Shown in pieces: positions 1 to 7,951 of a stretch of DNA of 37,215 bases; the first letter of the stretch is position 1, and each line of letters begins with the position of its first letter. The notes beneath the pieces are model-generated. The model ran no database searches. It was not told the origin of the DNA and saw nothing but the letters and a program-made list of their open reading frames with translations. The translations under genes were made by a program, and so were the position numbers. Location: positions 1-37,215 of IMG/VR virus record IMGVR_UViG_2541047928_000009; one strand, written 5' to 3'. Origin of the DNA: a virus (lineage: Duplodnaviria > Heunggongvirae > Uroviricota > Caudoviricetes).

Positions 1-471
1 CTAATAAAACACCCAGTTTTCTGTTTCTTGGTTGTGTCCAAAGTTATATTCAATATCTGGTGTTGATGTATCAATATTCTTCATCCCATCAACAAGAGTT
101 GATACAACAGCCAAATCTTGTTTGATTCTCATTAAATGGTATTTCTTCCGGCGCAATAAACTCTCAATGGCAAGTTTCTTCGTTGGGAATGCAAAAGATC
201 TTTCTGCATTTTTTGCTACTTTCTTAATTGCATATCTATTTCTCCTTTGTTTCCATTCCTGTAACCACTGATTTGGTGCTGGTTTAAAATTAACAATCCA
301 ATGCGCAGGAACCAACCATGCATAATGCTCTGTCTGATGAAAAGCTATATATTGAAGTGCGAATATTTTTATCCCATCTTCTTCAACTGTCGCCTGGAAT
401 CTCCAGAAAACAGGCATTCCATCATGTTCAGTTTCTGATTCAGGAAAAGGTACGCTCCATGATTTTGTCAT
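1..471 (-). CDS. Hypothetical protein (156 aa) downstream of N in the leftward early operon; function unknown
   Basis: Complete ORF with ATG at 469-471 preceded by a GAGGTGA Shine-Dalgarno on the minus strand; stop at 1-3; AT-rich by eye; no family recognised. Confidence 0.55.
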   Translation of the reverse strand: MTKSWSVPFPESETEHDGMPVFWRFQATVEEDGIKIFALQYIAFHQTEHYAWLVPAHWIVNFKPAPNQWLQEWKQRRNRYAIKKVAKNAERSFAFPTKKLAIESLLRRKKYHLMRIKQDLAVVSTLVDGMKNIDTSTPDIEYNFGHNQETENWVFY

Positions 472-529
472 ATCTCACCTCAAATAAGTGGTTTGCTGCC
501 TAATTTCATTTTCTGGCGACCAACACAAG

Positions 530-802
530 TCATCTCGCCGTCAGTTGTTTTGATTTCCGGTATCCTGCTGCGTAAATGGCTACGTTTGGAAGACAAGTTG
601 AACCTTCATATTTTCTGGTCAACGTTGTCAGAGTTATAACTTCTGCTCTCATTGCTGGTTTGCGCTTGCATTGCAAGACCACTCGTGAAGGGGTTGGCCT
701 GTGTAGCTTGTCGGAGCTGATCGCCTCCTGACTTTGCAGATTTGCGCGACGAGCTCTACGGCGAGAAGCTGCGGTGCCTTTAAATTCTGTTTTTCTGGAC
801 AT
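530..802 (-). CDS. N: N-type transcription antiterminator (90 aa), phage 21 / P22 gene 24-like
   Basis: Arg-rich motif near the N-terminus (GTAASRRRARRANL) and C-terminus ...VAIYAAGYRKSKQLTAR resembling the P22 gene 24 protein end as I recall it; GGGAGGA RBS upstream of the internal ATG at 800-802; sits left of the nutL candidate. Confidence 0.7.
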   Translation of the reverse strand: MSRKTEFKGTAASRRRARRANLQSQEAISSDKLHRPTPSRVVLQCKRKPAMRAEVITLTTLTRKYEGSTCLPNVAIYAAGYRKSKQLTAR

Positions 803-900
803 GGATTCCTCCCGAATAAACTTTGGCGATGCAATCTCGAAGCTCCTCCTGAGACGGTTGCTTCGGCATTGCATCCCACAGCTTATGTGGTTGGGTGATC

Positions 901-946
901 TGGCTTTTCAGCCACGTAGTCGAGAGTCGACGTTGTTTAAAGAGCC
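901..946 (-). promoter_or_regulatory. Candidate nutL: boxA-like GCTCTTTAA (minus strand, plus 937-945) followed about 22 nt later by a boxB-like hairpin UGGCU-GAAA-AGCCA (plus 901-914)
   Basis: Read on the minus strand; same architecture and spacing as the nutR candidate at 3582-3627; located between the presumed pL and N. Confidence 0.5.
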
Positions 947-959
947 TGCCAGTCTGTTC

Positions 960-1200
960 CATTTGGCTTCCAGCGTCCTGCTGACGGTTAAATAGTACGA
1001 TATGTACTTTACAAGATCAATACAATTTGTTGTAAGTTGGCGTGGTTTTTTATAACGCTTTGTATTTAATAGTGTTGTTTTTTAGCGTGGATGTATTGCC
1101 TCGGCGATGTAAGGAGAGATCAGAATTGCGTGGTTTAGTGGGTTGCATCTATTTATTTTTCAATAAATATAATTGGTTATGTGTTTTTAGGTGGGCGAAC
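960..1200 (-). promoter_or_regulatory. Putative pL / OL operator-promoter region (AT-rich non-coding stretch upstream of nutL and N)
   Basis: Position relative to N and cI as in lambda; contains GTACTTT...AATACAA-type motifs that echo the OR region; exact operators not resolved. Confidence 0.3.
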
Positions 1201-1206
1201 GTGAGG

Positions 1207-1233
1207 CAAAGAAAACCCGGCGCTGAGGCCGGG
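1207..1233 (-). terminator. Rho-independent terminator closing the cI / orf185 / orf250 leftward transcript
   Basis: Hairpin CCCGGC-(6 nt loop)-GCCGGG at 1216-1233 followed on the minus strand by a TTTTCTTTG run; starts 5 nt past the stop of the 250 aa ORF. Confidence 0.6.
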
Positions 1234-1238
1234 TTGTA

Positions 1239-1991
1239 TTATGCTGCAAGTCTCTTAACCCAAGTCTCTCTTTTGGAGAATGGTAGAACTTGGCTTGATT
1301 CATGGAAGAGTAAGGAGAGTTGTTGCATTTGATCACCAATTGCTTCGCTGTCTATAACAACAAATCTGTTGTTATACTCCTCACTTGAAGCTTTAAGATC
1401 AATTAGTTTCCCAAGCAATGAGTAAGCACTATTCCAGCTTCCTCCGTGTTTCACGCTTGATGTAAAAACGTATTTAGGTATGTCGGTTTTTATTGTTACA
1501 GGGACGGTAATTTGATGTCCACTCAAGCCATATACGTTTTCACGAAGAGAAAGTGCGTCTCTAAGCTCTGTGTGATATAGATAATCAATAACCATACTTT
1601 CAAACTTTTCAGCTTGAACTGGCTGATACCAGTCTAACGACAAAGTTGATGCGAGTATACCAGCTCTAATTATGTTCGATGTAATCGCACCGACATCCTT
1701 TTCTGTTGCCCAAGCAATGATTTCTCCTCGAGCATTGAGTTCTGCGCCTTCTTTAAGCAGTAATTGTCGTATCTCATCAAGTCGTTTTTTGGTAAGCGAG
1801 ATCCCTCTTGCCTCCATATTCATTAAGGCATCGCATCTGTCACTAACTAAATACCTACCATTGACTTCACGGATAAAGGCACCGACATGCTCTCCATCAT
1901 CACAGTAAGTGAATGGACTGATAATTCTCAAGGTCTTGCCTATTGGATGGCATTCGAAACCTAGTTGTGAGATCACTGTTGAGCACATCAT
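1239..1991 (-). CDS. Hypothetical protein (250 aa), distal gene of a two-gene cassette in the rexAB-equivalent position; candidate superinfection-exclusion/defence component
   Basis: ATG at 1989-1991 overlaps the upstream stop (ATGA coupling); AT-rich by eye; ends just before the intrinsic terminator; no obvious transmembrane segment or recognised motif. Confidence 0.6.
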   Translation of the reverse strand: MMCSTVISQLGFECHPIGKTLRIISPFTYCDDGEHVGAFIREVNGRYLVSDRCDALMNMEARGISLTKKRLDEIRQLLLKEGAELNARGEIIAWATEKDVGAITSNIIRAGILASTLSLDWYQPVQAEKFESMVIDYLYHTELRDALSLRENVYGLSGHQITVPVTIKTDIPKYVFTSSVKHGGSWNSAYSLLGKLIDLKASSEEYNNRFVVIDSEAIGDQMQQLSLLFHESSQVLPFSKRETWVKRLAA

Positions 1992-2545
1992 ATTCCAAAC
2001 CCCATTTGCCCCGACTCATCTTCAAGCGGTAAAGGTATTCTCCCAGAGTAAGTTATGTTCAGATGTTTACAGAAGTAATTCCAATACCCTACCAGGTCAT
2101 CTGGGTTTATGTCATCTTCGATTGGAAACGCTATTCTATCACTATAGTATCCAGCTTCTTCATAGTATACATGGTAGTGAGCACCGTAAATGATATCTTG
2201 GTACTTCGGATGATCGACCTTGTAACTATTCGTGTGTTTGTCAAAGTGATAGGTATCTACCGCGAAAACCCTCTTGTTATGATAGAAAGCAATAATATTT
2301 ATTTTAGGGTAAGAAATCGGGTCATCAGGTTCTGAATCCTGATCTGGTTTCCATTTCAGTTCAAACTTTAGCCCTTGTATAGGTATACAATCCTCATCCA
2401 AGGGGATGATATGGGCTTGTAGCCACATATCAGAGCGACTTGGTTTCTGTTTCCATTTAACGCCAGAAAAGTTAACTATTTTTTTACAATAAAGTACTTT
2501 ATCAACTTCTACTTGGCTTGGCTGATAATCATCTATTTTTGCCAA
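1988..2545 (-). CDS. Hypothetical protein (185 aa, or about 146 aa from the internal ATG), proximal gene of the two-gene cassette downstream of cI
   Basis: ORF begins 40 bp after the cI stop; the first codon at 2543-2545 is TTG so the true start is uncertain; aromatic/acidic-rich, no obvious transmembrane segment; not RexA/RexB-like by length or composition. Confidence 0.5.
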   Translation of the reverse strand: MAKIDDYQPSQVEVDKVLYCKKIVNFSGVKWKQKPSRSDMWLQAHIIPLDEDCIPIQGLKFELKWKPDQDSEPDDPISYPKINIIAFYHNKRVFAVDTYHFDKHTNSYKVDHPKYQDIIYGAHYHVYYEEAGYYSDRIAFPIEDDINPDDLVGYWNYFCKHLNITYSGRIPLPLEDESGQMGFGI

Positions 2546-2584
2546 TGTTTACCGCCCTGTAAATTGTAGATAAAAGTGGTTTCA

Positions 2585-3244
2585 TCACCCAAACGTCTCT
2601 TCAGGCCATTGGCTGGCGATAACTTTCCCCACAACGGAACAACTCTCATTGCATGGGATCATTGGGTATTGTGGGTTTAGTGGCTGTAGAAACACCTGAC
2701 CGCTATCCCTGATCAGTTTCTTGAAGGTAAATTCATCACCACCAAGTCTGGCTATGCAGAAATCGCCGGGCTCAACAGCTTGCTCAGGGTCAACCAGAAT
2801 TAACATCCCGTCAGGAAAGCTGGGTTTGGAACCTGTTGGTGCGGTCATTGAGTTACCTTCAACCTCAAGCCAGAATGCAGAGTCACTGGCTTTTTTGGTT
2901 GTGCTTACCAATCTCTCCGCATCGCCTTTGGTAAAGGTTCTGAGTTCTGGAGAGAACATCCCAGCCTGAACATGAGAAAAAACAGGGTACTCATATTGTT
3001 TTTTAACTGGGGCCGATGAGTATTCGCCAACAGGTGAAAATGTCCCGTCGTGGTTGAATGATATGTTATCAATACCAAGGTATTTAAACACCACACCAAT
3101 ATCACTAAGAGATGGATGACGAGATCCGCGCAACCAGTGTCCAATCCCACCCTGCGTCATACCTAGCTCTTCGGCTAACTTCTCTTGAGTTATGCCGAGC
3201 TCTTTCATTCTGGATCTAGCCAGTTCATACCATTTCATTTTCAT
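2585..3244 (-). CDS. cI: CI prophage repressor (HTH plus LexA/S24-like autocleavage domain); the C-terminal domain reads as lambda cI, the N-terminal DNA-binding domain does not
   Basis: C-terminal ~140 aa ([26 protein letters not shown]...[12 protein letters not shown]) matches lambda cI as I recall it; N-terminus [11 protein letters not shown]...[14 protein letters not shown] is a different HTH; start taken at the ATG at 3242-3244, alternative ATG at 3236-3238. Confidence 0.85.
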   Translation of the reverse strand: MKMKWYELARSRMKELGITQEKLAEELGMTQGGIGHWLRGSRHPSLSDIGVVFKYLGIDNISFNHDGTFSPVGEYSSAPVKKQYEYPVFSHVQAGMFSPELRTFTKGDAERLVSTTKKASDSAFWLEVEGNSMTAPTGSKPSFPDGMLILVDPEQAVEPGDFCIARLGGDEFTFKKLIRDSGQVFLQPLNPQYPMIPCNESCSVVGKVIASQWPEETFG

Positions 3245-3355
3245 GTCCTTATTATTACGCTCTGTACTGGAACCATCCATGCACAATGTGTATTTTTACT
3301 TGTATTCGCAAAGTACATATTGTATTTTTTTATTCGTGTTTACTATGGAGGGCAT
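3245..3355. promoter_or_regulatory. Divergent immunity control region (OR operators, pRM and pR) between cI and cro
   Basis: 111 bp AT-rich intergenic region between divergent repressor genes; contains near-palindromic TACTTGTATTCGCAAAGTAC and TGTATTTTT repeats; individual operators not resolved. Confidence 0.5.
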
Positions 3356-3571
3356 ATGAGCAACCTACGAAAATATCGAGAGTCACTGAATATCTCTCAA
3401 ACAACACTTGCTAAGGCAGTTGGATGCACACAGGGAGCTATCGGACATTGGGAATCTGGTCGTCGCTTCCCAGACCTTAAAACATGCCGTGCTCTTGTTG
3501 CGTGCCTAAACAAGTTAGGCGCAAAAGTCAGTCTTGATGACGTGTTCCCGCCGGAACACAAAGCCGCTTAA
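3356..3571 (+). CDS. cro: Cro-like HTH repressor (71 aa)
   Basis: ATG at 3356 with a GGAGGG RBS; HTH with recognition-helix motif TQGAIGHW closely resembling the cI motif TQGGIGHW; divergent from cI. Confidence 0.75.
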   Translation: MSNLRKYRESLNISQTTLAKAVGCTQGAIGHWESGRRFPDLKTCRALVACLNKLGAKVSLDDVFPPEHKAA

Positions 3572-3581
3572 TAAGCGGATC

Positions 3582-3627
3582 CGCTCTTTGTAACAACGGA
3601 CATTCGTCCTACGTCGCTGAAAAGCGA
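3582..3627 (+). promoter_or_regulatory. Candidate nutR: boxA-like CGCTCTTTG (3582-3590) and boxB-like hairpin UCGCU-GAAA-AGCGA (3614-3627)
   Basis: Immediately downstream of cro; boxA consensus-like; same hairpin form and spacing as the nutL candidate. Confidence 0.55.
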
Positions 3628-3712
3628 GTTCCAAGATATCTGACCAACTAAGGCCATATGCGTTTCCACGCATACCTTTCAACTAACTATTCACTATTGG
3701 AAATCTTAAGAA

Positions 3713-4012
3713 ATGGAAAGAACAAGTTACAGCAAACTATCACAGCGTGACGTTGATCGCGCAGAAACAGATTTACTTATCAATCTGTCAGCTATTACCC
3801 AGCGCGGTCTGGCAAAGATGATTGGCTGTCATGAATCGAAGATAAGCAGAACGGACTGGAGATTTATTGCTTCGGTCTTGTGTGCTTTCGGAATGGCATC
3901 AGACATCAGTCCGATTAGCAGGGCTTTTAAGTATGCGCTTGATGGACTCACCAATAAAAAACGCCCGGTGTGCAAGACCGAGCGTTCTGAACAAATCCAG
4001 ATGGAGTTCTGA
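3713..4012 (+). CDS. cII: CII transcriptional activator
   Basis: C-terminus [18 protein letters not shown] matches lambda cII as I recall it; the N-terminal part is divergent. Confidence 0.8.
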   Translation: MERTSYSKLSQRDVDRAETDLLINLSAITQRGLAKMIGCHESKISRTDWRFIASVLCAFGMASDISPISRAFKYALDGLTNKKRPVCKTERSEQIQMEF

Positions 4013-4034
4013 GGGAATTACTGGATCAATCCAC
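3954..4034 (-). ncRNA. Candidate oop-like antisense RNA overlapping the 3' end of cII
   Basis: Minus-strand hairpin CGCUCGG...CCGGGCG followed by UUUUUUAUU (plus 3954-3984), in the position of the lambda oop terminator; possible -10 CATAAT on the minus strand near plus 4042-4047; TSS not determined. Confidence 0.35.
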
Positions 4035-4044
4035 AGGAGTAATT

Positions 4045-4191
4045 ATGACAAAACAACTCAGTCCTTACCAGGACAAAATTCACAAACACATACTACGTGA
4101 TCGCTTCCTGTCCAGCTTCAAGCAGTCTGGTCGATTCCGGGCTGAGTTGGAAAAAGTGAAGCTGATGCAGAAGGAGAAAGGTCATGAGTAA
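4045..4191 (+). CDS. Small hypothetical ORF (48 aa) between cII and O
   Basis: ATG at 4045 with a CAGGAGT RBS; its stop overlaps the O start; too short for the supplied ORF track; may not be expressed. Confidence 0.3.
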   Translation: MTKQLSPYQDKIHKHILRDRFLSSFKQSGRFRAELEKVKLMQKEKGHE

Positions 4192-5044
4192 TCTTGCAAC
4201 CGTAACACATTTAAGGCCTTCACAACGGCCTGTGGAGCGTCGTGTGGCAGAAGTTGAAGATGGTTATACCCGTCTTGCAAATGCCCTGTATGAAGAGCTT
4301 ATCGGCGCAGATTTAACAAAAAATCAGAGTAAGGTTGCCCACGCCATATGCCGTAAAACATACGGATACGGTAAAAAGATGGATCGCATCTCTGATAGTC
4401 AGTTAGCTCAAATTACCAGGCTGCCAAGACAGAAGGTAAACAAGGCCAAGAATGAGCTTATCGCGATGAAGGTAATCCTTCGCGAAGGCCAGCAAATCGG
4501 GCCTAACAAGAACATCGAGGAATGGCAAATCGAAGGGTGTCACTACTCTGGTGATAATGTCACTGCATTGGTGACAAAAAGTGTCACCAAAACGGTGACA
4601 GCGCTGTCACCAAAACAGGGACACACAAAAGAAACTATTACAAAAGAAAAAAGAAATAATAAAAACACTATGTCCGAAAGTGTTCGGACGGAGTGTGAAA
4701 AATCATCTGACCGTCACGAAGAAACCGACAAGGCATTCGAGGAAATATTCTGGTGTGCAGGCATGCGGAAAGCCGGGAAAAAAAACGCAGCTTCGGCATT
4801 CAGAACACAGTTCAGGGAATGGCGTAAAACTACCAGGGGTACGGCAAGCGAGTTTGCCACGATGCTGGCAGAAGACATCGCATGCAGGAATGGTAAGCAG
4901 TTCGGATTCGACAGGTTGTTACCATCGAGCTACCTGAACGGTCAGCGCTGGAACGACGAGAAGCCAGAAACTATTCAACCACAATCCAAACCATCATCCG
5001 CAATCACCGTATCGAAAACTGGCTACGTGTTTTTCGACAGGTGA
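4184..5044 (+). CDS. O: Replication initiation protein O (lambda O-like N-terminal iteron-binding domain)
   Basis: N-terminal region [14 protein letters not shown]...[33 protein letters not shown] resembles lambda O; ori iterons lie inside the gene. Confidence 0.8.
   Translation: MSNLATVTHLRPSQRPVERRVAEVEDGYTRLANALYEELIGADLTKNQSKVAHAICRKTYGYGKKMDRISDSQLAQITRLPRQKVNKAKNELIAMKVILREGQQIGPNKNIEEWQIEGCHYSGDNVTALVTKSVTKTVTALSPKQGHTKETITKEKRNNKNTMSESVRTECEKSSDRHEETDKAFEEIFWCAGMRKAGKKNAASAFRTQFREWRKTTRGTASEFATMLAEDIACRNGKQFGFDRLLPSSYLNGQRWNDEKPETIQPQSKPSSAITVSKTGYVFFDR
4536..4670. repeat. Origin of replication: three or four inverted-repeat iterons (GGTGACA...TGTCACC type) followed by an AT-rich segment, embedded in the O gene
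   Basis: Directly visible: TGTCAC at 4538, GGTGATAATGTCAC at about 4550, GGTGACAAAAAGTGTCACC at about 4570-4588, GGTGACAGCGCTGTCACC at about 4594-4611, then an AT-rich stretch 4625-4670; same architecture as lambda ori. Confidence 0.7.
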
Positions 5045-5151
5045 ACCATGAAATCAAAAATCAAATCGCTACTGGTCGCTGGTTATAACCACGGCTGGTT
5101 AAGTATTTCGTTTGTCGATTTCTGGTTTAAAAATCTCAATCTGAGGGAATC

Positions 5152-7032
5152 ATGAGGCCAAGTGAACTTAGCGACCTGCTTTGGGCGCAGGTTGACAGTG
5201 TGGCTCCGCACCTGTTGCCAAATGGCAAGAAAGAGGGGCATGAGTGGGTTGCCGGTAACATCAACGGTGACAAGGGAAACAGCCTTAAGGTCAACCTTAG
5301 CGGCAAGAAAAAATGGGCTGATTTCGCTGAGGGAGACGGCGGTGACATGCTTGATTTGTGGATGGCATGTCGTGGAATTAACCTGCATCAGGCTATGCAG
5401 GAAGCGAAAGCATTTCTCGGTATCAAGGATGACGATCACCATTTCGATGCCAGACGTGAGAAGAAATTCTCCAGACCTGATCGCAAGAAAATCGCCCGCT
5501 ACGTTACCAGAACAGAATCCCATCTTGAGTACCTGCAATCGCGTGGCATATCGCCAGAAATCGTAAAGCGCTACGAGGTTGTCAGCGGCAAGGTGTGGAA
5601 TGGAGAGCGGGAACTGGATGCTCTGGTGATTCCGTACAAACGCGATGGTGAGTTGTTGCAGGTCAAGCGAATCAGCACTGAGCGCCCGGACGGGAAGAAA
5701 GTCATTATGGCAGAAGGTGATTGCGAACCTTGCCTGTTCGGATGGCAGGCTCTGGACGCTGGCGTGAGGGCGGTTGTGCTTTGCGAAGGCGAAATTGATT
5801 GTATGAGCTATGCGCAATACGGCATCTCGGCGTTATCCGTGCCGTTTGGTGGCGGGAAAGGCGCTAAGCAACAGTGGATTGAGTTTGAGTATCACAACCT
5901 CGACAGGTTTGAGGAAATATTCATCTCGATGGACGTTGATGATGTTGGTCGTGAAGCCGCAAGGGAAATCGCAAGCCGACTCGGTGAACATCGTTGCCGT
6001 CTTGTTACTCTGCCGTACAAAGACATCAACGAATGCCTGATGAACGGTGTTACCGAGGATGAAATCTGGCAGTACATCGGCACGGCATCCTACTTCGATC
6101 CTGAAGAACTCTACAGCGCGCGAGAGTTTTACCAGGACACTATCAACGCTTTCTACGGCAAGCAGCAGTATCTGTTTAATCCACCGTGGGAATCTCTGGC
6201 AGATAAATTCCAGTTCCGTGAGGCAGAGTTGACGCTGGTCAATGGGGTGAACGGTCACGGAAAAACGGAGGTTGTCGGGCATATGGCACTTGAGGCAATG
6301 CGTCAGGGTGTGAAGACGTGCATCGCGTCACTTGAGCTGAAGCCTGGTATTCTCCTTAAGCGCCTTACCCGTCAGGCGACGTGCTGCAAGATGCCGCCAG
6401 TGCTGGAAATTGACTCTGCATTTAAATTTTATGACGAAAGACTTTGGGTGTTTGGCCTGACCGGAACGGCGAAAGCCGACAGGCTGATCGAAATATTCGA
6501 CTACGCTCGCCGCCGATACGGGATCCAGTTATTCATCATCGACAGCCTGATGAAATGTGGCATAGGCGACGATGACTATAACGGGCAGAAGGCGTTTGTT
6601 GACTCGATTTGCGACTTCAAAAACAAAACAAACTCCCACGTCATTCTCGTTACTCACTCGCGAAAAGGAGACAGCGAAGAAAAACCAACCGGGAAAATGG
6701 ACGTAAAAGGCTCTGGAGCGATAACAGACCTGACAGACAACCTTTTCATCATCTGGCGTAACAAGGCTCGCGAGAGAGCGTTACAGAGAGTTCAGAGTGG
6801 TGAAAAGATGTCAGAGAAGGACGAACAGCTACTGGCGTCTCCTGCATCTGTTTTGATGCTTGAAAAACAACGTAACGGCGAAGGTTGGGAAGGTGGTGTC
6901 CCGTTGTTCCTTGACGAGCAATCGCACCAGTTCCTGCAACTTGAATCAGGATCGCCATATAGCTACATCGCCAATATGCCGAAATCGGAATATGACGAGG
7001 CGTGGCGACAGGAAAACGTGACGGAGTATTAA
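5152..7032 (+). CDS. Bifunctional DNA primase/helicase (Toprim primase domain plus RecA-fold DnaB/RepA-like ATPase)
   Basis: Toprim motifs VLCEGEIDCMS and ISMDVDDVG; Walker A GVNGHGKT and Walker B LFIIDSL; occupies the position of lambda P. Confidence 0.75.
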   Translation: MRPSELSDLLWAQVDSVAPHLLPNGKKEGHEWVAGNINGDKGNSLKVNLSGKKKWADFAEGDGGDMLDLWMACRGINLHQAMQEAKAFLGIKDDDHHFDARREKKFSRPDRKKIARYVTRTESHLEYLQSRGISPEIVKRYEVVSGKVWNGERELDALVIPYKRDGELLQVKRISTERPDGKKVIMAEGDCEPCLFGWQALDAGVRAVVLCEGEIDCMSYAQYGISALSVPFGGGKGAKQQWIEFEYHNLDRFEEIFISMDVDDVGREAAREIASRLGEHRCRLVTLPYKDINECLMNGVTEDEIWQYIGTASYFDPEELYSAREFYQDTINAFYGKQQYLFNPPWESLADKFQFREAELTLVNGVNGHGKTEVVGHMALEAMRQGVKTCIASLELKPGILLKRLTRQATCCKMPPVLEIDSAFKFYDERLWVFGLTGTAKADRLIEIFDYARRRYGIQLFIIDSLMKCGIGDDDYNGQKAFVDSICDFKNKTNSHVILVTHSRKGDSEEKPTGKMDVKGSGAITDLTDNLFIIWRNKARERALQRVQSGEKMSEKDEQLLASPASVLMLEKQRNGEGWEGGVPLFLDEQSHQFLQLESGSPYSYIANMPKSEYDEAWRQENVTEY

Positions 7033-7061
7033 ATGGCCATCTACATCACTGAGCTAATAAC

Positions 7062-7093
7062 AGGCCTGCTGGTAATCGCAGGCCTTTTTATTT
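7062..7093 (+). terminator. Rho-independent terminator after the replication genes (tR2-equivalent position)
   Basis: Hairpin AGGCCTGC-(8 nt)-GCAGGCCT followed by TTTTTATTT. Confidence 0.65.
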
Positions 7094-7121
7094 GGGGGAG
7101 AGTAATTGGAGGATTTAAGAA

Positions 7122-7337
7122 ATGAGTACGATAGCTGAGCTTGTCAGGGCTAATTTTCGTGAAGAGTTGGCGCGTTGGTATCGGTATCGTTCATCGTCCA
7201 GTTTGCCGCTTGATGAGTTGTATGAGCATTCACCTGCCGCACGACGCTATCCGCGTGACCGTGTTCTTCGGCGGTTGTTCAGACTCAACAATGAGTTTCA
7301 GCGCAACAGAATAATCCGGAGTCTGGATTTAAAGTGA
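7122..7337 (+). CDS. Hypothetical nin-region protein (71 aa)
   Basis: ORF with a GGAGG-like RBS; no family recognised. Confidence 0.45.
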   Translation: MSTIAELVRANFREELARWYRYRSSSSLPLDELYEHSPAARRYPRDRVLRRLFRLNNEFQRNRIIRSLDLK

Positions 7338-7347
7338 AGGAGTGAGC

Positions 7348-7530
7348 ATGAGCGAGCAAATATTCAGAGAGATTAAGCCACGGTTTTATCGCAAGGTAAG
7401 GGTAGTTTATCAGGACGAAAACAAGACCTGTGCATACGCCATTCATAATGGTCGGTGGTCAGTGTTCGACACCAAAAACTTCGAGAAGAACTTCGAGAGG
7501 ATTAAGGGTGATGAGGAAACTAACATTTGA
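7348..7530 (+). CDS. Hypothetical nin-region protein (60 aa)
   Basis: ATG at 7348 with an AAGGAG RBS; end overlaps the ninB start. Confidence 0.45.
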   Translation: MSEQIFREIKPRFYRKVRVVYQDENKTCAYAIHNGRWSVFDTKNFEKNFERIKGDEETNI

Positions 7531-7951
7531 ACTAAGAAGCCCCATCCATCAGCAGAACGCCATTCAAGCTATCCAGCAAATCCTTCCAGACCCAACCAAA
7601 CCAATCGTAGTAAGCATTCAGGAACGCAACCGCAGCTTAGACCAGAATCGAAAGCTTTGGGCTTGCCTTGGTGACGTCTCTCGTCAGGTTGAATGGCATG
7701 GGCGCTGGCTGGATGCAGAAAGCTGGAAGTGTGTGTTTACCGCAGCATTAAAGCAGCAGGACGTTGTTCCTAACCTTGCCGGGAATGGCTTTGTGGTAAT
7801 AGGCCAGTCAACCAGCAGGATGCGTGTAAGCGAATTTGCGGAGCTATTAGAGCTTATACAGGCATTCGGTACAGAGCGTGGCGTTAAGTGGTCAGACGAA
7901 GCGCGACTGGCTCTCGAATGGAAAGCGCGATGGGGAGACAGGGCGGCATGA
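7511..7951 (+). CDS. ninB: NinB (Orf) recombination mediator
   Basis: [68 protein letters not shown]... matches lambda NinB as I recall it. Confidence 0.85.
   Translation: MRKLTFELRSPIHQQNAIQAIQQILPDPTKPIVVSIQERNRSLDQNRKLWACLGDVSRQVEWHGRWLDAESWKCVFTAALKQQDVVPNLAGNGFVVIGQSTSRMRVSEFAELLELIQAFGTERGVKWSDEARLALEWKARWGDRAA

Noticed and set aside
1239-2545. rexA and rexB
   Set aside because: Position is equivalent, but the proteins (185 aa and 250 aa, no obvious membrane-spanning segments) do not resemble RexA (about 279 aa) or the polytopic membrane protein RexB (about 144 aa) as I recall them; treated as an unassigned cassette instead.
5083-5817. 244 aa minus-strand ORF overlapping the start of the primase/helicase gene
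   Set aside because: Antisense to a gene with clear Toprim and Walker motifs; no recognisable features of its own.
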